The notes beneath the pieces were generated by a model. That model worked only from the letters and a program-made list of their open reading frames with translations. It ran no database searches and was not told the origin of the DNA. This document shows positions 48,659 to 61,844 of a stretch of 64,000 bases of DNA, one piece after another (the stretch's first letter is position 1; each line of letters opens with the position of its first letter). Source of the stretch: Macrostomum hystrix (lineage: Eukaryota; Animalia; Platyhelminthes). The stretch is from positions 2,666,001 through 2,730,000 of the forward strand of contig CATNEN010000011.1 of assembly GCA_950097015.1 (NCBI GenBank), written 5' to 3'. Made by a program: the position numbers and the translations under genes.

Positions 48659-48717
48659 TCAAACAAAACTAGCTTCCGTGTAAGGAGAAAATGGTCCCAT
48701 TCGTTGCTGGGTTGACG

Positions 48718-48751
<34 letters not shown>

Positions 48752-51700
48752 AAAGCCAGTCATTGCATTAACACTGAAGCCGCCACGCGGCAGAGTGTGA
48801 CTCTGGTGATTCTGCCTGTGAGACTGCGGAGTGGCTGACATTGCCCCAACTCGATTGCCGCGACCTTCAATCTCATAGTACAGATGCGACATTGACTGCT
48901 GCTGCTGCTGCTGCTGCATCTTTCTCTTGGCCATCGGCACCGACTGCTGCAGCTGCTGCTGTTGAATTGTCTGTGGTGGCGGCTGAGCTAGGGTCTGGTA
49001 CTGCTGCTGCTGCTGCAGATGGTGAAGACGATAACCAGACTCGGAGTCTAATAGGCGACCTACCAGATGTTTATTTTAAGAATTTGATGTTAATTTTCTT
49101 TCTAATGGGTACATAGATAGATGAGTAGGGATCTGGTGACAGATGAGTAGGGATCTGGCGACAGATGAGTAGGGATCAGGAGACAGATGAGTAGGGATCT
49201 GGTGACAGGTGAGTAGGATCTGGTGACAGATGAGTAGGGATCAGGAGACAGATGAGTAGGGATCAGGAGACAGATGAGTAGGGATCTGGTGACAGATGAG
49301 TAGGGATCTGGTGACAGATGAGTAGGGATCAGGAGACAGATGAGTAGGGATCTGGTGACAGGTGAGTAGGATCTGGTGACAGATGAGTAGGGATCAGGAG
49401 ACAGATGAGTAGGGATCAGGAGACAGATGAGTAGGGATCTGGTGACAGATGAGTAGGGATCTGGTGACAGATGAGTAGGGATCTGGTGACAGATGAGTAG
49501 GGATCTGGTGACAGATGAGTAGGGATCTGATGAGATGAGAAGGGATCTGGTGACAGATGAGTAGGGATCTGGTGACAGATGAGTAGGGATCTGGTGACAG
49601 ATGAATAGGGATCTGATAAAAGGTGAGAAGGGATCTGGTGACAGATGAGTAGGGATCTGGTGACAGATGAGTAGGGATCTGGTGACAGATGAATAGGGAT
49701 CTGATAAAAGGTGAGTAGGGATCAGATAGTGAGCACAAACCACTCACCAATGCTTGGACTGGCAGAGCAATAGCGGTAGTCTCTACCAACCGTGGCATGT
49801 CTCAGTTTGTTGAACTGCTGCAGCTGCTGCGTACTGCTATATGCCCCATAGTCATCCTGAAAAAAATCAGAAAACATGTGACTTCAAAACTCTGTAAACC
49901 ATTTTTTATTTGGGTGCAAGTCTTTCGAAAAATTTTTTTCAAGTTTTAAAGCGAAATTTAGAGAAAAACTGGTCAATTAAAAAACTTAGTAAAAGGTTGT
50001 ATCGAAGCGACAAATTGAGGAGTTTGAGCACTTCACTGTTCACAGGCTTGACTTGACTTCACAGATGCTTGTAATACAATAGAGCCTCACAATGAAGCTG
50101 CTACTTGACACCTCGAATCGGTTCAAGAATTCATTCAACGGTAATCGAATTTTATTCCTTTTTAATTTGATCACTTTTCTATACTCTTTAATCTGCCCTC
50201 TCTACAGTTGAATCCACTCTCTCTACCCTTGAATCCACTCTCTCTACCCTTGAATCCACTCTCTCTACCCTTGAATCCACTCTCTCTACCCTTGAATCCA
50301 CTCTCTCTACCTTTGAATCCACTCTCTCTACCCTTGAATCCACTCTCTCTACCCTTGAATCCACTCTCTCTACCCTTGAATCCACTCTCTCTACCCTTGA
50401 ATCCACTCTCTCTACCCTTGAATCCACTCTCTCTACCCTTGAATCCACTCTCTCTACCCTTGAATCCACTCTCTCTACCCTTGAATCCACTCTCTCTACC
50501 CTAGAATCCACTCTCTCTACCCTTGAATCCACTCTCTCTACCTTTGAATCCACTCTCTCTACCCTTGAATCCACTCTCTCTACCCTTGAATCCACTCTCT
50601 CTACCCTTGAATCCACTCTCTCTACCCTTGAATCCACTCTCTCTACCTTTGAATCCACTCTCTCTACCCTTGAATCCACTCTCTCTACCCTTGAATCCAC
50701 TCTCTCTACCCTTGAATCCACTCTCTCTACCCTTGAATCCACTCTCTCTACCCTTGAATCCACTCTCTCTACCCTTGAATCCACTCTCTCTACCCTTGAA
50801 TCCACTCTCTCTACCTTTGAATCCACTCTCTCTACCCTTGAATCCACTCTCTCTACCCTTGAATCCACTCTCTCTACCCTTGAATCCACTCTCTCTACCC
50901 TTGAATCCACTCTCTCTACCCTTGAATCCACTCTCTCTACCCTTGAATCCACTCTCTCTACCCTTGAATCCACTCTCTCTACCCTTGAATCCACTCTCTC
51001 TACCTTTGAATCCACTCTCTCTACCCTTGAATCCACTCTCTCTACCCTTGAATCCACTCTCTCTACCCTTGAATCCACTCTCTCTACCCTTGAATCCACT
51101 CTCTCTACCTTTGAATCCACTCTCTCTACCCTTGAATCCACTCTCTCTACCCTTGAATCCACTCTCTCTACCCTTGAATCCACTCTCTCTACCCTTGAAT
51201 CCACTCTCTCTACCCTTGAATCCACTCTCTCTACCCTTGAATCCACTCTCTCTACCCTTGAATCCACTCTCTCTACCCTTGAATCCACTCTCTCTACCCT
51301 TGAATCCACTCTCTCTACCCTTGAATCCACTCTCTCTACCCTTGAATCCACTCTCTCTACCTTTGAATCCACTCTCTCTACCCTTGAATCCACTCTCTCT
51401 ACCCTTGAATCCACTCTCTCTACCTTTGAATCCACTCTCTCTACCTTTGAATCCACTCTCTCTACCCTTGAATCCACTCTCTCTACCCTTGAATCCACTC
51501 TCTCTACCTTTGAATCCACTCTCTCTACCTTTGAATCCACTCTCTCTACCTTTGAATCCACTCTCTCTACCTTTGAATCCACTCTCTCTACCTTTGAATC
51601 CACTCTCTCTACCTTTGAATCCACTCTCTCTACCCTTGAATCCACTCTCTCTACCCTTGAATCCACTCTCTCTACCTTTGAATCCACTCTCTCTACCCTT

Positions 51701-54700
51701 GAATCCACTCTCTCTTCCCTTGAATCCACTCTCTCTACCCTTGAATCCACTCTCTCTACCTTTGAATCCACTCTCTCTACCTTTGAATCCACTCTCTCTA
51801 CCCTTGAATCCACTCTCTCTCTACCCTTGAATCCACTCTCTCTTCCCTTGAATCCACTCTCTCTACCTTTGAATCCACTCTCTCTACCTTTGAATCCACT
51901 CTCTCTACCCTTGAATCCACTCTCTCTACCCTTGAATCCACTCTCTCTACCTTTGAATCCACTCTCTCTACCTTTGAATCCACTCTCCCTACCTTTGAAT
52001 CCACTCTCTCTACCCTTGAATCCACTCTCTCTACCCTTGAATCCACTCTCTCTACCTTTGAATCCACTCTCTCTACCTTTGAATCCACTCTCTCTACCCT
52101 TGAATCCACTCTCTCTACCTTTGAATCCACTCTCTCTACCCTTGAATCCACTCTCTCTACCTTTGAATCCACTCTCTCTACCTTTGAATCCACTCTCTCT
52201 ACCTTTGAATCCACTCTCTCTACCTTTGAATCCACTCTCTCTACCTTTGAATCCACTCTCTCTACCTTTGAATCCACTCTCTCTACCTTTGAATCCACTC
52301 TCTCTACCCTTGAATCCACTCTCTCTACCTTTGAATCCACTCTCTCTACCCTTGAATCCACTCTCTCTACCCTTGAATCCACTCTCTCTACCTTTGAATC
52401 CACTCTCTCTACCTTTGAATCCACTCTCTCTACCCTTGAATCCACTCTCTCTACCTTTGAATCCACTCTCTCTACCCTTGAATCCACTCTCTCTACCTTT
52501 GAATCCACTCTCTCTACAGCTGAATCTACCCTCTACAGTTGAATCTACCCTCTACAGTTGAATCTACCCTATACAGTTGAATCTGCCCTCTACAGTTGAA
52601 TCTACCTCCTCTACTTTTGAATCTGCCCTCAGTATTATTTAATCTTCTCTAAGCTATTCTATATGCATTGCAGTTTGATATTCTACCAGTCTTTCAAAAG
52701 CAACAAAGCCTGTTAGTATTTTTAATCTAAACAGTTTTCTTTACTAGGCCTGGGGTCCATGGAAATGAATTCCGAGTGGCAATGGAAAGTGGGGCATAGA
52801 TTGGGATGGGAGAACGGTTTTATCTCTCTACTCAGAGCCCCAGTCTGTGATTAATAACGCGAAGGCTGCATCCACGGCCAGCTAAAGTCACTCATGCCAG
52901 GCAAATTTTTTGAGTCGTTGAGCCAAGCGATACAGCGAAGCAACTGTGTCCCTCCAATATATGCGCAAGTATGAGGAGGGCCTTCGGGTTTATTATGCTA
53001 AACATGCCCACAAAATTCAGCGCCCTAGAGGAAATTAATCCCCACCCGAAGAAACCGTTAGCTAAAGAGAACGATTTCAGTAGAGATTTCACTAATCTCA
53101 GTAGAGATTTCACTAATCTCAGTAGAGATTTCACTAATCTCATTAGAGATTTCACTAATCTCAGTAGAGATTTCACTAATCTCAGTAGAGATTTCACTAA
53201 ACTCAGTAGAGATTTCACTAATCTCAGTTGAGATTTCATTAATCTCATTAGAGATTTCACAAATCTAATTAGAGATTTCACTAATCTCAGTTGAGATTTC
53301 ACTAATCTCATTAGAGATTTCACTAATCTCATTAGAGATTTCACTAATCTCAGTAGAGATTTCATTAATCTCATTGGAGATTTCACTAATCTCAGTTGAG
53401 ATTTCACTAATCTCAGTTGAGATTTCATTAATCTCATTAGAGATTTCACTAAACTCAGTAGAGATTTCACTAATCTCAGTTGAGATTTCACTAATCTCAT
53501 TAGAGATTTCACTAATCTAATTAGAGATTTCACTAATCTCAGTAGAGATTTCACTAATCTCAGTAGAGATTTCACTAAACTCAGTAGAGATTTCACTAAT
53601 CTCAGTTGAGATTTCATTAATCTCATTAGAGATTTCACAAATCTAATTAGAGATTTCACTAATCTCAGTTGAGATTTCACTAATCTCATTAGAGATTTCA
53701 CTAATCTCAGTAGAGATTTCACTAATCTCATTAGGATTTAGTTAGTCAAGATTGATATTCCTTGCTGTTGAATCAGCTGTCTATCAAGACGCTCTCTGCC
53801 CTCTCTACCCTCTCTACTGCCTACCCTCTCTCCCATTTTGTCAGTGGACTTAAGATATCGGAATCAAATTTTGAGGAAAAATCTAAATGGAAAAAGGTGA
53901 TATATTTGGCGCCAACACGTAATGGAAAACTGTAACTAGGTTTCTAAGCTAAATAGAAACAAGAATAAAACTAATCTCAAAAGATAATTTATGGGACCAT
54001 CCACTGGGGATAGATGGGGGGGGGAGAATTAATGATGATTAAAAATTTCTAGATTGTAAATTTTCTGTAGGCAACTCACACTTAAACCAAAAACTCATTA
54101 ATCTTGTCATGTGTCCTCCTACCTACCCTTTGTGTATAAAATCTACGGCCTCGAGTCTACCCTCTCTCCCATACTGCCTACCCTCTCTCCCATACTGCCT
54201 ACCCTCTCTCCCATACTGCCCACCCTCTCTCCCATACTGCCCACCCTCTCTCCCATACTGCCTACCCTCTCTCCCATACTGCCTACCCTCTCTCCCATAC
54301 TGCCTACCCTCTCTCCCATACTGCCTACCCTCTCTCCCATACTGCCTACCCTCTCTCCCATACTGCCTACCCTCTCTCCCATACTGCCTACCCTCTCTCC
54401 CATACTGCCTACCCTCTCTCCCATACTGCCTACCCTCTCTCCCATACTGCCTACCCTCTCCCATACTGCCTACCCTCTCTCCCATACTGCCTACCCTTTC
54501 TCCCATACTGCCTACCCTCTCCCATACTGCCTACACTCTCTCCCATACTGCCTACCCTCTCTCCCATACTGCCTACCCTCTCCCATACTGCCTACACTCT
54601 CTCCCATACTGCCTACCCTCTCTCCCATACTGCCTACCCTCTCTCCCATACTGCCCACCCTCTCTCCCATACTGCCCACCCTCTCTCCCATACTGCCTAC

Positions 54701-57700
54701 CCTCTCTCCCATACTGCCTACCCTCTCTCCCATACTGCCTACCCTCTCTCCCATACTGCCTACCCTCTCTCCCATACTGCCTACCCTCTCTCCCATACTG
54801 CCTACCCTCTCTCCCATACTGCCTACCCTCTCTCCCATACTGCCTACCCTCTCTCCCATACTGCCTACCCTCTCTCCCATACTGCCTACCCTCTCCCATA
54901 CTGCCTACCCTCTCTCCCATACTGCCTACCCTTTCTCCCATACTGCCTACCCTCTCCCATACTGCCTACCCTCTCTCCCATACTGCCTACCCTCTCTCCC
55001 ATACTGCCTACCCTCTCCCATACTGCCTACACTCTCTCCCATACTGCCTACCCTCTCTCCCATACTGCCTACCCTCTCTCCCATACTGCCTACCCTCTCT
55101 CCCATACTGCCTACCCTCTCTCCCATACTGCCTACCCTCTCTCCCATACTGCCTACTTTCTATCCCCTACTACCTACCCTGTCATATTCCCTTTCACAAT
55201 AAATCATTTCTCTCACCTCTCTGTAGGTCTTATAATTAGGCGGGCAGTCGTAGCCAACAGGCTGGTTGATGATAATCATTTTAGTTGGTACGTCACTGTC
55301 CGGGTCTAAAAACGCGAGTTCAAAATTAAAATTTAGTCTCAAACAATATGAAGCAGTTTTTTCTAAAATAAATTTCAAAAATTAACTCACCAATTTCATC
55401 TATAGGTTGTTGCTCAATCATCATTCCTGTTGAGACTCCGTGATTTCCGCCAGACGAAGCGGCAGCAACAGCAGCAGCAGCGGCGGCGTTGGTCCTTCGA
55501 TTGGAACTCGATAAAGCGATGGATCTCCTCCTGATGATGAAGCAGACAACGAAAAAGCAGGAAATAGTCAGCACTAGGAGAGTCACTATAAGACAGATGA
55601 TAACTGCCTCATTGTTGAATAGGGCAGCTGAATTGGTGACACCCTGGTGACCATCTGGATTGGAATTTCTGATATTGGCATTGCTGCCGCCGCCTCTAAA
55701 AGCAGAATTCGGCTGTGTTGGAACAATCAATTGAAAATCTCTGGGCTGAGAGCAGAGCTGCGGCGTCCCACCATCGCAGGCCTTGATTTGTAGCAGAAAA
55801 GTGACCGTGGAACCATCCTTAGCGAGGTGCCCGACACCGCTGCCTCCGCCGCCTCCGCCAAGGAGGTCGTGCAGAGATCGGCCAACAACAATGTTGCCAG
55901 ATTTTGAGTCGAAAATAAATCGATCTCCTATTAGACTGGTATTAACCAGTTTGAAGATAATCTGCGATGTTTTTGTGTAATTCAAGCTTTTATACGGTTG
56001 TAACAATACGACAAAAGGTTGTGAAATATTATGAACAACAGCTTCAAGACTTGAAGTGGAAATCCATACAAATTGCTTTTAACTGGAATACCAATGATTC
56101 TTACTTAAATCCCATTAATTCTTACTTAAATCCCATTAATTCTTACTTAAATCCCATTAATCCTAATTGAAATCATATTGATTTTAACTAAAAGCCCATT
56201 GGTTCAAGTTGAAATCCCATTGGTTCAAGTTGAAATCCCATTGGTTCTAGTTGAAATCCCATTGGTTCTAGTTGAAATCCCATTGGTTCTAGTTGAAATC
56301 CCATTGGTTCTAGTTGAAATCCCATTGGTTCAAGTTGAAATCCCATTGGTTCTAGTTGAAATCCCATTGGTTCTAGTTGAAATCCCATTGGTTCAAGTTG
56401 AAATCCCATTAGTTCTAGCTGAAATCCCATTAGTTCTAGCTGAAATCCCATTAGTTCAAGTTGAAATCCCATTGGTTCTAGTTAAAATCCCATTGGTTCT
56501 AGTTGAAATCCCATTGGATCTAGTTGAAATCCGATTGGTTCTATGTCAAATCCCATTGGTTCAAGTTGAAATCCCATTGGTTCAAGTTTAAATCCCATTG
56601 GTTCAAGTTGAAATCCCATTGGTTTTAGTTGAAATCCCACTGGTTCAAGTTGAAATCCTATTTGTTTAAGTTGAAATCCCATTGGTTTAAGTTGAAATCC
56701 GATTAGTTCTATGTCAAATCCCATTGGTTCAAGTTGAAATCCCATTGGTTCAAGTTGAAATCCCATTGGTTCAAGTTTAAATCCCATTGGTTCAAGTTGA
56801 AATCCTAATTTTTCTAACTGAAATCCCAGTTATCGAATCGGATTCCACTCTCAGATCACATTGTTCTCAGAACCCAACCTTTTGATTGTCTCCTTCGTCC
56901 GGGTCCTCAGCAAACACCTGTCCAACTAAGTGTCCCGGCTCAGGTTTGTCCACTCGAAACACCGTCGGCAAATCGCGAAATCTTGGCGGGTTGTCGTTCA
57001 CGTCCTGCACTGTGACAGAGAGTTGGCAGGTGCTCGTCAAACGGTGCTGACCGTTTCGGGGCTGATCCTCGGCCAGAACCCGAAGGGAGTAATGTGACTG
57101 GCGCTCTCGATCCAGCTTGATGCTAGTTTTTTGTCGAAGAGATTTTGGGAATTAAAACCGTCAGAAATTGTCTCAGAAATACACATGGATTTTTATTTAG
57201 AAAGATGCTAGAACTTGTTTGAGGACCCCGAGAATTGGGAATCTGAAATCTAGGGATGTGGGATATAGGGATCTGGAATCTAGGGATAGGGAATCTGGGA
57301 TCTGGGATCAAGGGATCTGGGATCTGGGATCTAGGGATATGGAATCTAAGCATCTGGGATCTAGAGATCTGGGATCTAGAGATCTGGGATCTAGAGATCT
57401 GGGATCTAGAGATCTGGGATCTAGAGATCTGGGATCTAGAGATCTGGGATCTAGAGATCTGGGATCTAGAGATCTGGGATCTAGAGATCTGGGATCTAGA
57501 GATCTGGGATCTAGAGATCTGGGATCTAGAGATCTGGGATCTAGAGATCTGGGATCTAGAGATCTGGGATCTAGAGATCTGGGATCTAGAGATCTGGGAT
57601 CTAGAGATCTGGGATCTAGAGATCTGGGATCTAGAGATCTGGGATCTAGAGATCTGGGATCTAGGGATATGGAATCTAAGCATCTGGGATTTAGGGATCT

Positions 57701-60700
57701 TGGATTTGTCTAATCTAACACCTTGACTATTAAGAATCATAATTCCAAGAATTCCAATCGATCAACCATGTACTCACGCAGTCGTGATTACTCCGCTCGT
57801 TCTGTTGATGCTGAAGGCCCTGGAGTCGGAGCTGTGCTCGAGTCGGTACAGAACCTGACCATTGCCGCTGGTGGGAGAGTCCAGATCGCGAGCAACAGCC
57901 CGGCCTACCACGGCTGGCGGATTCAGATTCTCGCTGACTCGCATTTGGCTGGCAGTCTCCGTACAGCCGGGCACGAACTCCGGTCTGTGATCGTTCACAT
58001 CGTCGACCAGGATGACGACATCAACAAGGATGCTGAGCGGCGGCGAGCCGCGGTCCGAGACTCGCAACTTCATCGAGTATTCCGGCCGCTGCTCCCGATC
58101 CAGGACTTGCCGCGGCGTCACGGACCCGGTCACAGGGTCCACAGCGAAAGCGGCGACTGTCTCCGGCGGTGTGGCAGCCCGGTCGATCGAGTAGTTCAGC
58201 TGGGCATTGATACCAGCATCGTCGTCAGTCAAGAACTCGCTCAGCGGACGGCCGATCGGCCTGTGGGCGGCGCCTTCTTCTTGAACGTGAAGGCGAATTG
58301 GCGACGGCGAGATTAGGCGAGGCGGCGAATCGTTAACGTCGCCAACGTCGATGCAGTGCGAATTAGGCGACGAGGCGGGGGAATGATGATTGGCTGAGTC
58401 TGTGCAGGCAATTCTAAAACAGATTCTGGGTGTCCTCTCCCGGTCCAGCTGCGTCTTGGTAGTCAGAAAGTAGGTCCAGGAGTTCTAGGGTGCAGCGGCA
58501 GGCGGTTTTGTGGGTAGAAATTTAAATATTCATAACCCAGCAGATAACAGGATCTCGGTCGAAGATTTGTGCATCTCACCGGCTAGATGAAATAATCTTA
58601 CGGCTAGAAAAAACTTATCCCATGCACGACGAACGAATCTAATCCCTAGATAAACGAATCTTACCCATAGATTAACGAATCTCACGCTTAGATAAACGAA
58701 TCTCACCCCTAGATTAACGAATCTCACGCTTAGAGAAACGAATCTCACCACTAGATAAACGAATCTCTCCACTAGATGAACGAACGAATCTCACCACTAG
58801 ATAAACGAATCTCACCACTAGATAAACGAACGAATCTCACCACTAGATAAACGGATCTCACCACTAGATAAACGAATCCCACCCTTAGATAAACGAATCT
58901 CAACCTAGATAAAGGATAATATCATCCTTAAATAAACGAATCTCACCCTTAGATAAACGAATCTCACCCTTAGATGAATGAATCTCACCACTAGATAAAC
59001 GAATCTCAACCTAGATAAAGGATAATATCATCCTTAAATAAACGAATCTCACCCTTAGATAAACGAATCTCACCCTTAGATGAATGAATCTCACCACTAG
59101 ATAAACGAATCTCACTCTTAGATAAACGAATCTCACACTTAGATGAACGAATCTCACCACTAGGTAAACGAATTTCACCACTAGATAAACAAAGCCCCAA
59201 CAGAAATGCGAATCCCACAAGGAAATTCCATCCCCAAACCCCAAGAAACCAGTGAGATGTTTACCATCACGCTGCTCTGCGGTCTGGAGTAGAAGCCGTC
59301 CGGAATGAGCTCAAAAATCGAACTCTCGACATTCGGCACAGAAGATGGACTCTCAGCGTCGAAGACCCGACACGAGACTCTCTCGTCCGTGTCGGGATCT
59401 CGCACAATCACCATGGCAACCCGAGCCGCCACAGGGGGACCTTCGACTAAGATGCCGACCCCGGGGCACTTGCCGGCGGGCGAGCAGACCTCCACAGTCG
59501 GGGCCTCGTCGTTGTGATCGAGCACTGATATGCTCACGACAGCAGTTGACGTGCGTCTATCGGTCACCTCTTGGGAGTCGTCGCGAGCCATCACCTGTTT
59601 GATGGATTTTTATTAGATTTGGCCTTTATTGTGCGTCTATTTAATACGATAGGAGTGCGTATATCATCAGTGTACATGTTCGAAATATTGATGTACTCGT
59701 ACATTCGCGTACAGTATTGATGTACGTTTACGTACAGTATTGATGTACATTTGCGTGCAGCATATAGTAGCTCTTCGGACCGAGACGAGACCGAGAGTTG
59801 AAATCTCAGACCAAGGTCAACTTATATTTTTCTTTGAGAAGACACAAAATTTTTTGTTTTTGTTCACTCAGACTTAAAATCAATACTTATACAAAGCCTT
59901 TTGATGCGCAGCGCAAAAGCTGCAGCTAAATCTAAACTTATACGTGTACGAGTAAAAAGAAAAATATAGTTTAAAAAACCGTAGTCTTCACATTTTTCAA
60001 AACATATCGGCCATCCACCATAAGCATAAACTCACCACAAACTCAATGCTTTTTGTGCGCATGCTGTCGTAGTCCAGCTTCCGCTCGAGGATGACCCGAC
60101 CGTCTGGCGTGACCCGGAAATGCTGCCTGGCCAATCGCTGCTGTTCCTGACGCCCAGCTCCGCCCACCAGCAAGTCCGGAGCGAAGTCGAAGACAACTCG
60201 ACCGTAGGAGCCGGAATCTTCGTCAGTGGCATTCAGTCGCAGCAGCTGGCCGTTCACAGGCTCATTCTCAAATATTTTACGACTCGGAACGAACAAAGAC
60301 TTGGAGAATTGCGGCCAGTTATCATTCACGTCGGCTACTTCAATTAGAATCCGAATTGAACCGGTTTGCGGAGGACTGCCTTGGTCTATGGCCAAGAGGG
60401 TCATGTTGTAGGACGAGTGCCTCTCCCTGTCCAGCTGGCTAGATGTTTCCAGGAACAGCTAAAAGTAATTCAGAAGAAATTGGCTTTCAATTTTGGAAAA
60501 CATAAGGGATCTGGGATTATTCCAAACAGATTTGGAAAGATTCTAAAGGGATAAAAGAGAAGATTCTAGAGAGATTCTGGGAATATTTAAGGGACTATCT
60601 CGGATAATTCTAAAGAGGATCTGGGAGGATTCAAGGCATTTTTATGACATCTGGAAGATAATATTTAGGAAGATTCCATGCGGAATTTAGGAAGATTCCT

Positions 60701-61733
60701 TGGAGAATTTAGGAAGATTCTATGTGAATTTAGGAAGATTTCTTGTGAATTTAGGAAGATTCCTTGGAGAATTTAGGAAGATTCCATGAGAATTTAGGAA
60801 GATTCCATGAGGAATTTAGGAAGATTCCATGGGTAAACTAGGAAGATTCCATGAGAATTTAGGAAGATTTCTTGTGAATTTAGGAAGATTTCTTGTGAAT
60901 TTAGGAAGATTCTATGTGAATTTAGGAAGATTCCATGAGGAATTTAGGAAGATTCCATGAGAATTTAGGAAGATTTCTTGTGAATTTAGCAAGATTCCAT
61001 GGGTAAACTAGGAAGATTCCATGAGAATTTAGAAAGATTTCTTGTGAATTTAGCAAGATTCCATGGGTAAACTAGGAAGATTCCATGAGAATTTAGGAAG
61101 ATTTCTTGGAGAATTTAGGAAGATTCCATGTAAATGTATGAAGATTCTATGTGAATTTACGAAGATTCCATGGGTAAACTAGGAAGATTCCATGAGAATT
61201 TAGGAAGATTCTATGTGAATTTAGGAAGATTCCATGGGTAAACTAGGAAGATTCCATGAGAATTTAGGAAGATTTCTTGTGAATTTAGGAAGATTCCATG
61301 GGTAAACTAGGAAGATTCCATGAGAATTTAGGAAGATTTCTTGTGAATTTAGGAAGATTCCAATCGAAATATTTGGGAAGATTTCAATAGGTTCGCTATT
61401 AAAAAATTGCACAATAATGTTTTCGATTGAAAGTAGAGTAGGGAATCCTAAGCTAGTCGCACCTGTCCATCATCTAGGATGTGCCTGAGTCCGAAAGGGG
61501 CGCCCCGATTGTCCAGTTGGTAGCTGATGCTGCCGTTCGCCCCAAGGTCGGGATCGTGAGCAGCTGGGATCGGCACAGTTTGCTCCATGGGATGATCCTC
61601 TCGAATTGTAAGTCGGATTAAAGGCTCGATTTTTCCAATCTGCCAAGCCGGCGGGTTGTCGTTGATGTCCAAAATGCGCACTTGGACATTGGCATGACTG
61701 TCCGGGTTTTGCTGAATTATTTTGAATGCCACC
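48659..61733 (-). CDS. Protocadherin (about 7 EC repeats, one TM helix, Gln-rich cytoplasmic tail); 5' exon(s) not found in window
   Basis: Exons 61733-61463, 60458-60036, 59594-59265, 58484-57778, 57122-56879, 55961-55391, 55305-55217, 49856-49748, 49059-48659, all frame-consistent. Repeated DRE, DxNDNxP and AxDxD calcium-binding motifs; TM AVIICLIVTLLVLTISCFFVVCFII; ends ...YTEASFV*. Confidence 0.88.
49115..49725. repeat. Minisatellite, 22-bp unit GATGAGTAGGGATCTGGTGACA, filling a protocadherin intron
   Basis: Direct periodicity. Confidence 0.95.
50190..52625. repeat. Minisatellite, 21-bp unit CTTGAATCCACTCTCTCTAC(C/T), >100 copies
   Basis: Direct periodicity; produces the ERVDSRV and NPLSLPL pseudo-ORFs. 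Confidence 0.97.
53075..53730. repeat. Minisatellite, 21-bp unit AGATTTCACTAATCTCAGTAG
   Basis: Direct periodicity with a higher-order duplication. Confidence 0.95.
54155..55175. repeat. Minisatellite, 21-bp unit CTACCCTCTCTCCCATACTGC
   Basis: Direct periodicity with occasional 19-bp units. Confidence 0.96.
56095..56825. repeat. Minisatellite, 21-bp unit GTTGAAATCCCATTGGTTC(A/T)A
   Basis: Direct periodicity; preceded by three related AATCCCATT-containing units. Confidence 0.94.
57235..57705. repeat. Minisatellite, 15-bp unit GATCTAGAGATCTGG
   Basis: Perfect core with degenerate flanks. Confidence 0.95.
58640..59190. repeat. Minisatellite, ~21-bp unit AGATAAACGAATCTCACCACT
   Basis: Direct periodicity with variants. 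Confidence 0.92.
60680..61390. repeat. Minisatellite, ~21-bp unit GAATTTAGGAAGATTCCATGA
   Basis: Direct periodicity with variants. Confidence 0.92.
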
Positions 61734-61844
61734 CTGCGGGAGAAAATTTGTGGGACTCAACTCGTGGGATTTTTCTTACAGTTGTTAGTCAGTCCTTCAG
61801 ATATAAATTGTTAAGTGCAGATCCCTTTGCGAAGATCCTTGAGA

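Noticed and set aside
50188-52561. Long periodic ORFs (ERVDSRV, NPLSLPL; up to 541 aa) as repetitive proteins
   Set aside because: They arise from a stop-free 21-bp unit, are open on both strands, and lie inside a protocadherin intron.
52800-53040. Possible coding exon or integrase remnant between arrays
   Set aside because: No frame fits the cadherin splice phases and similarity to integrase motifs is too weak to support.
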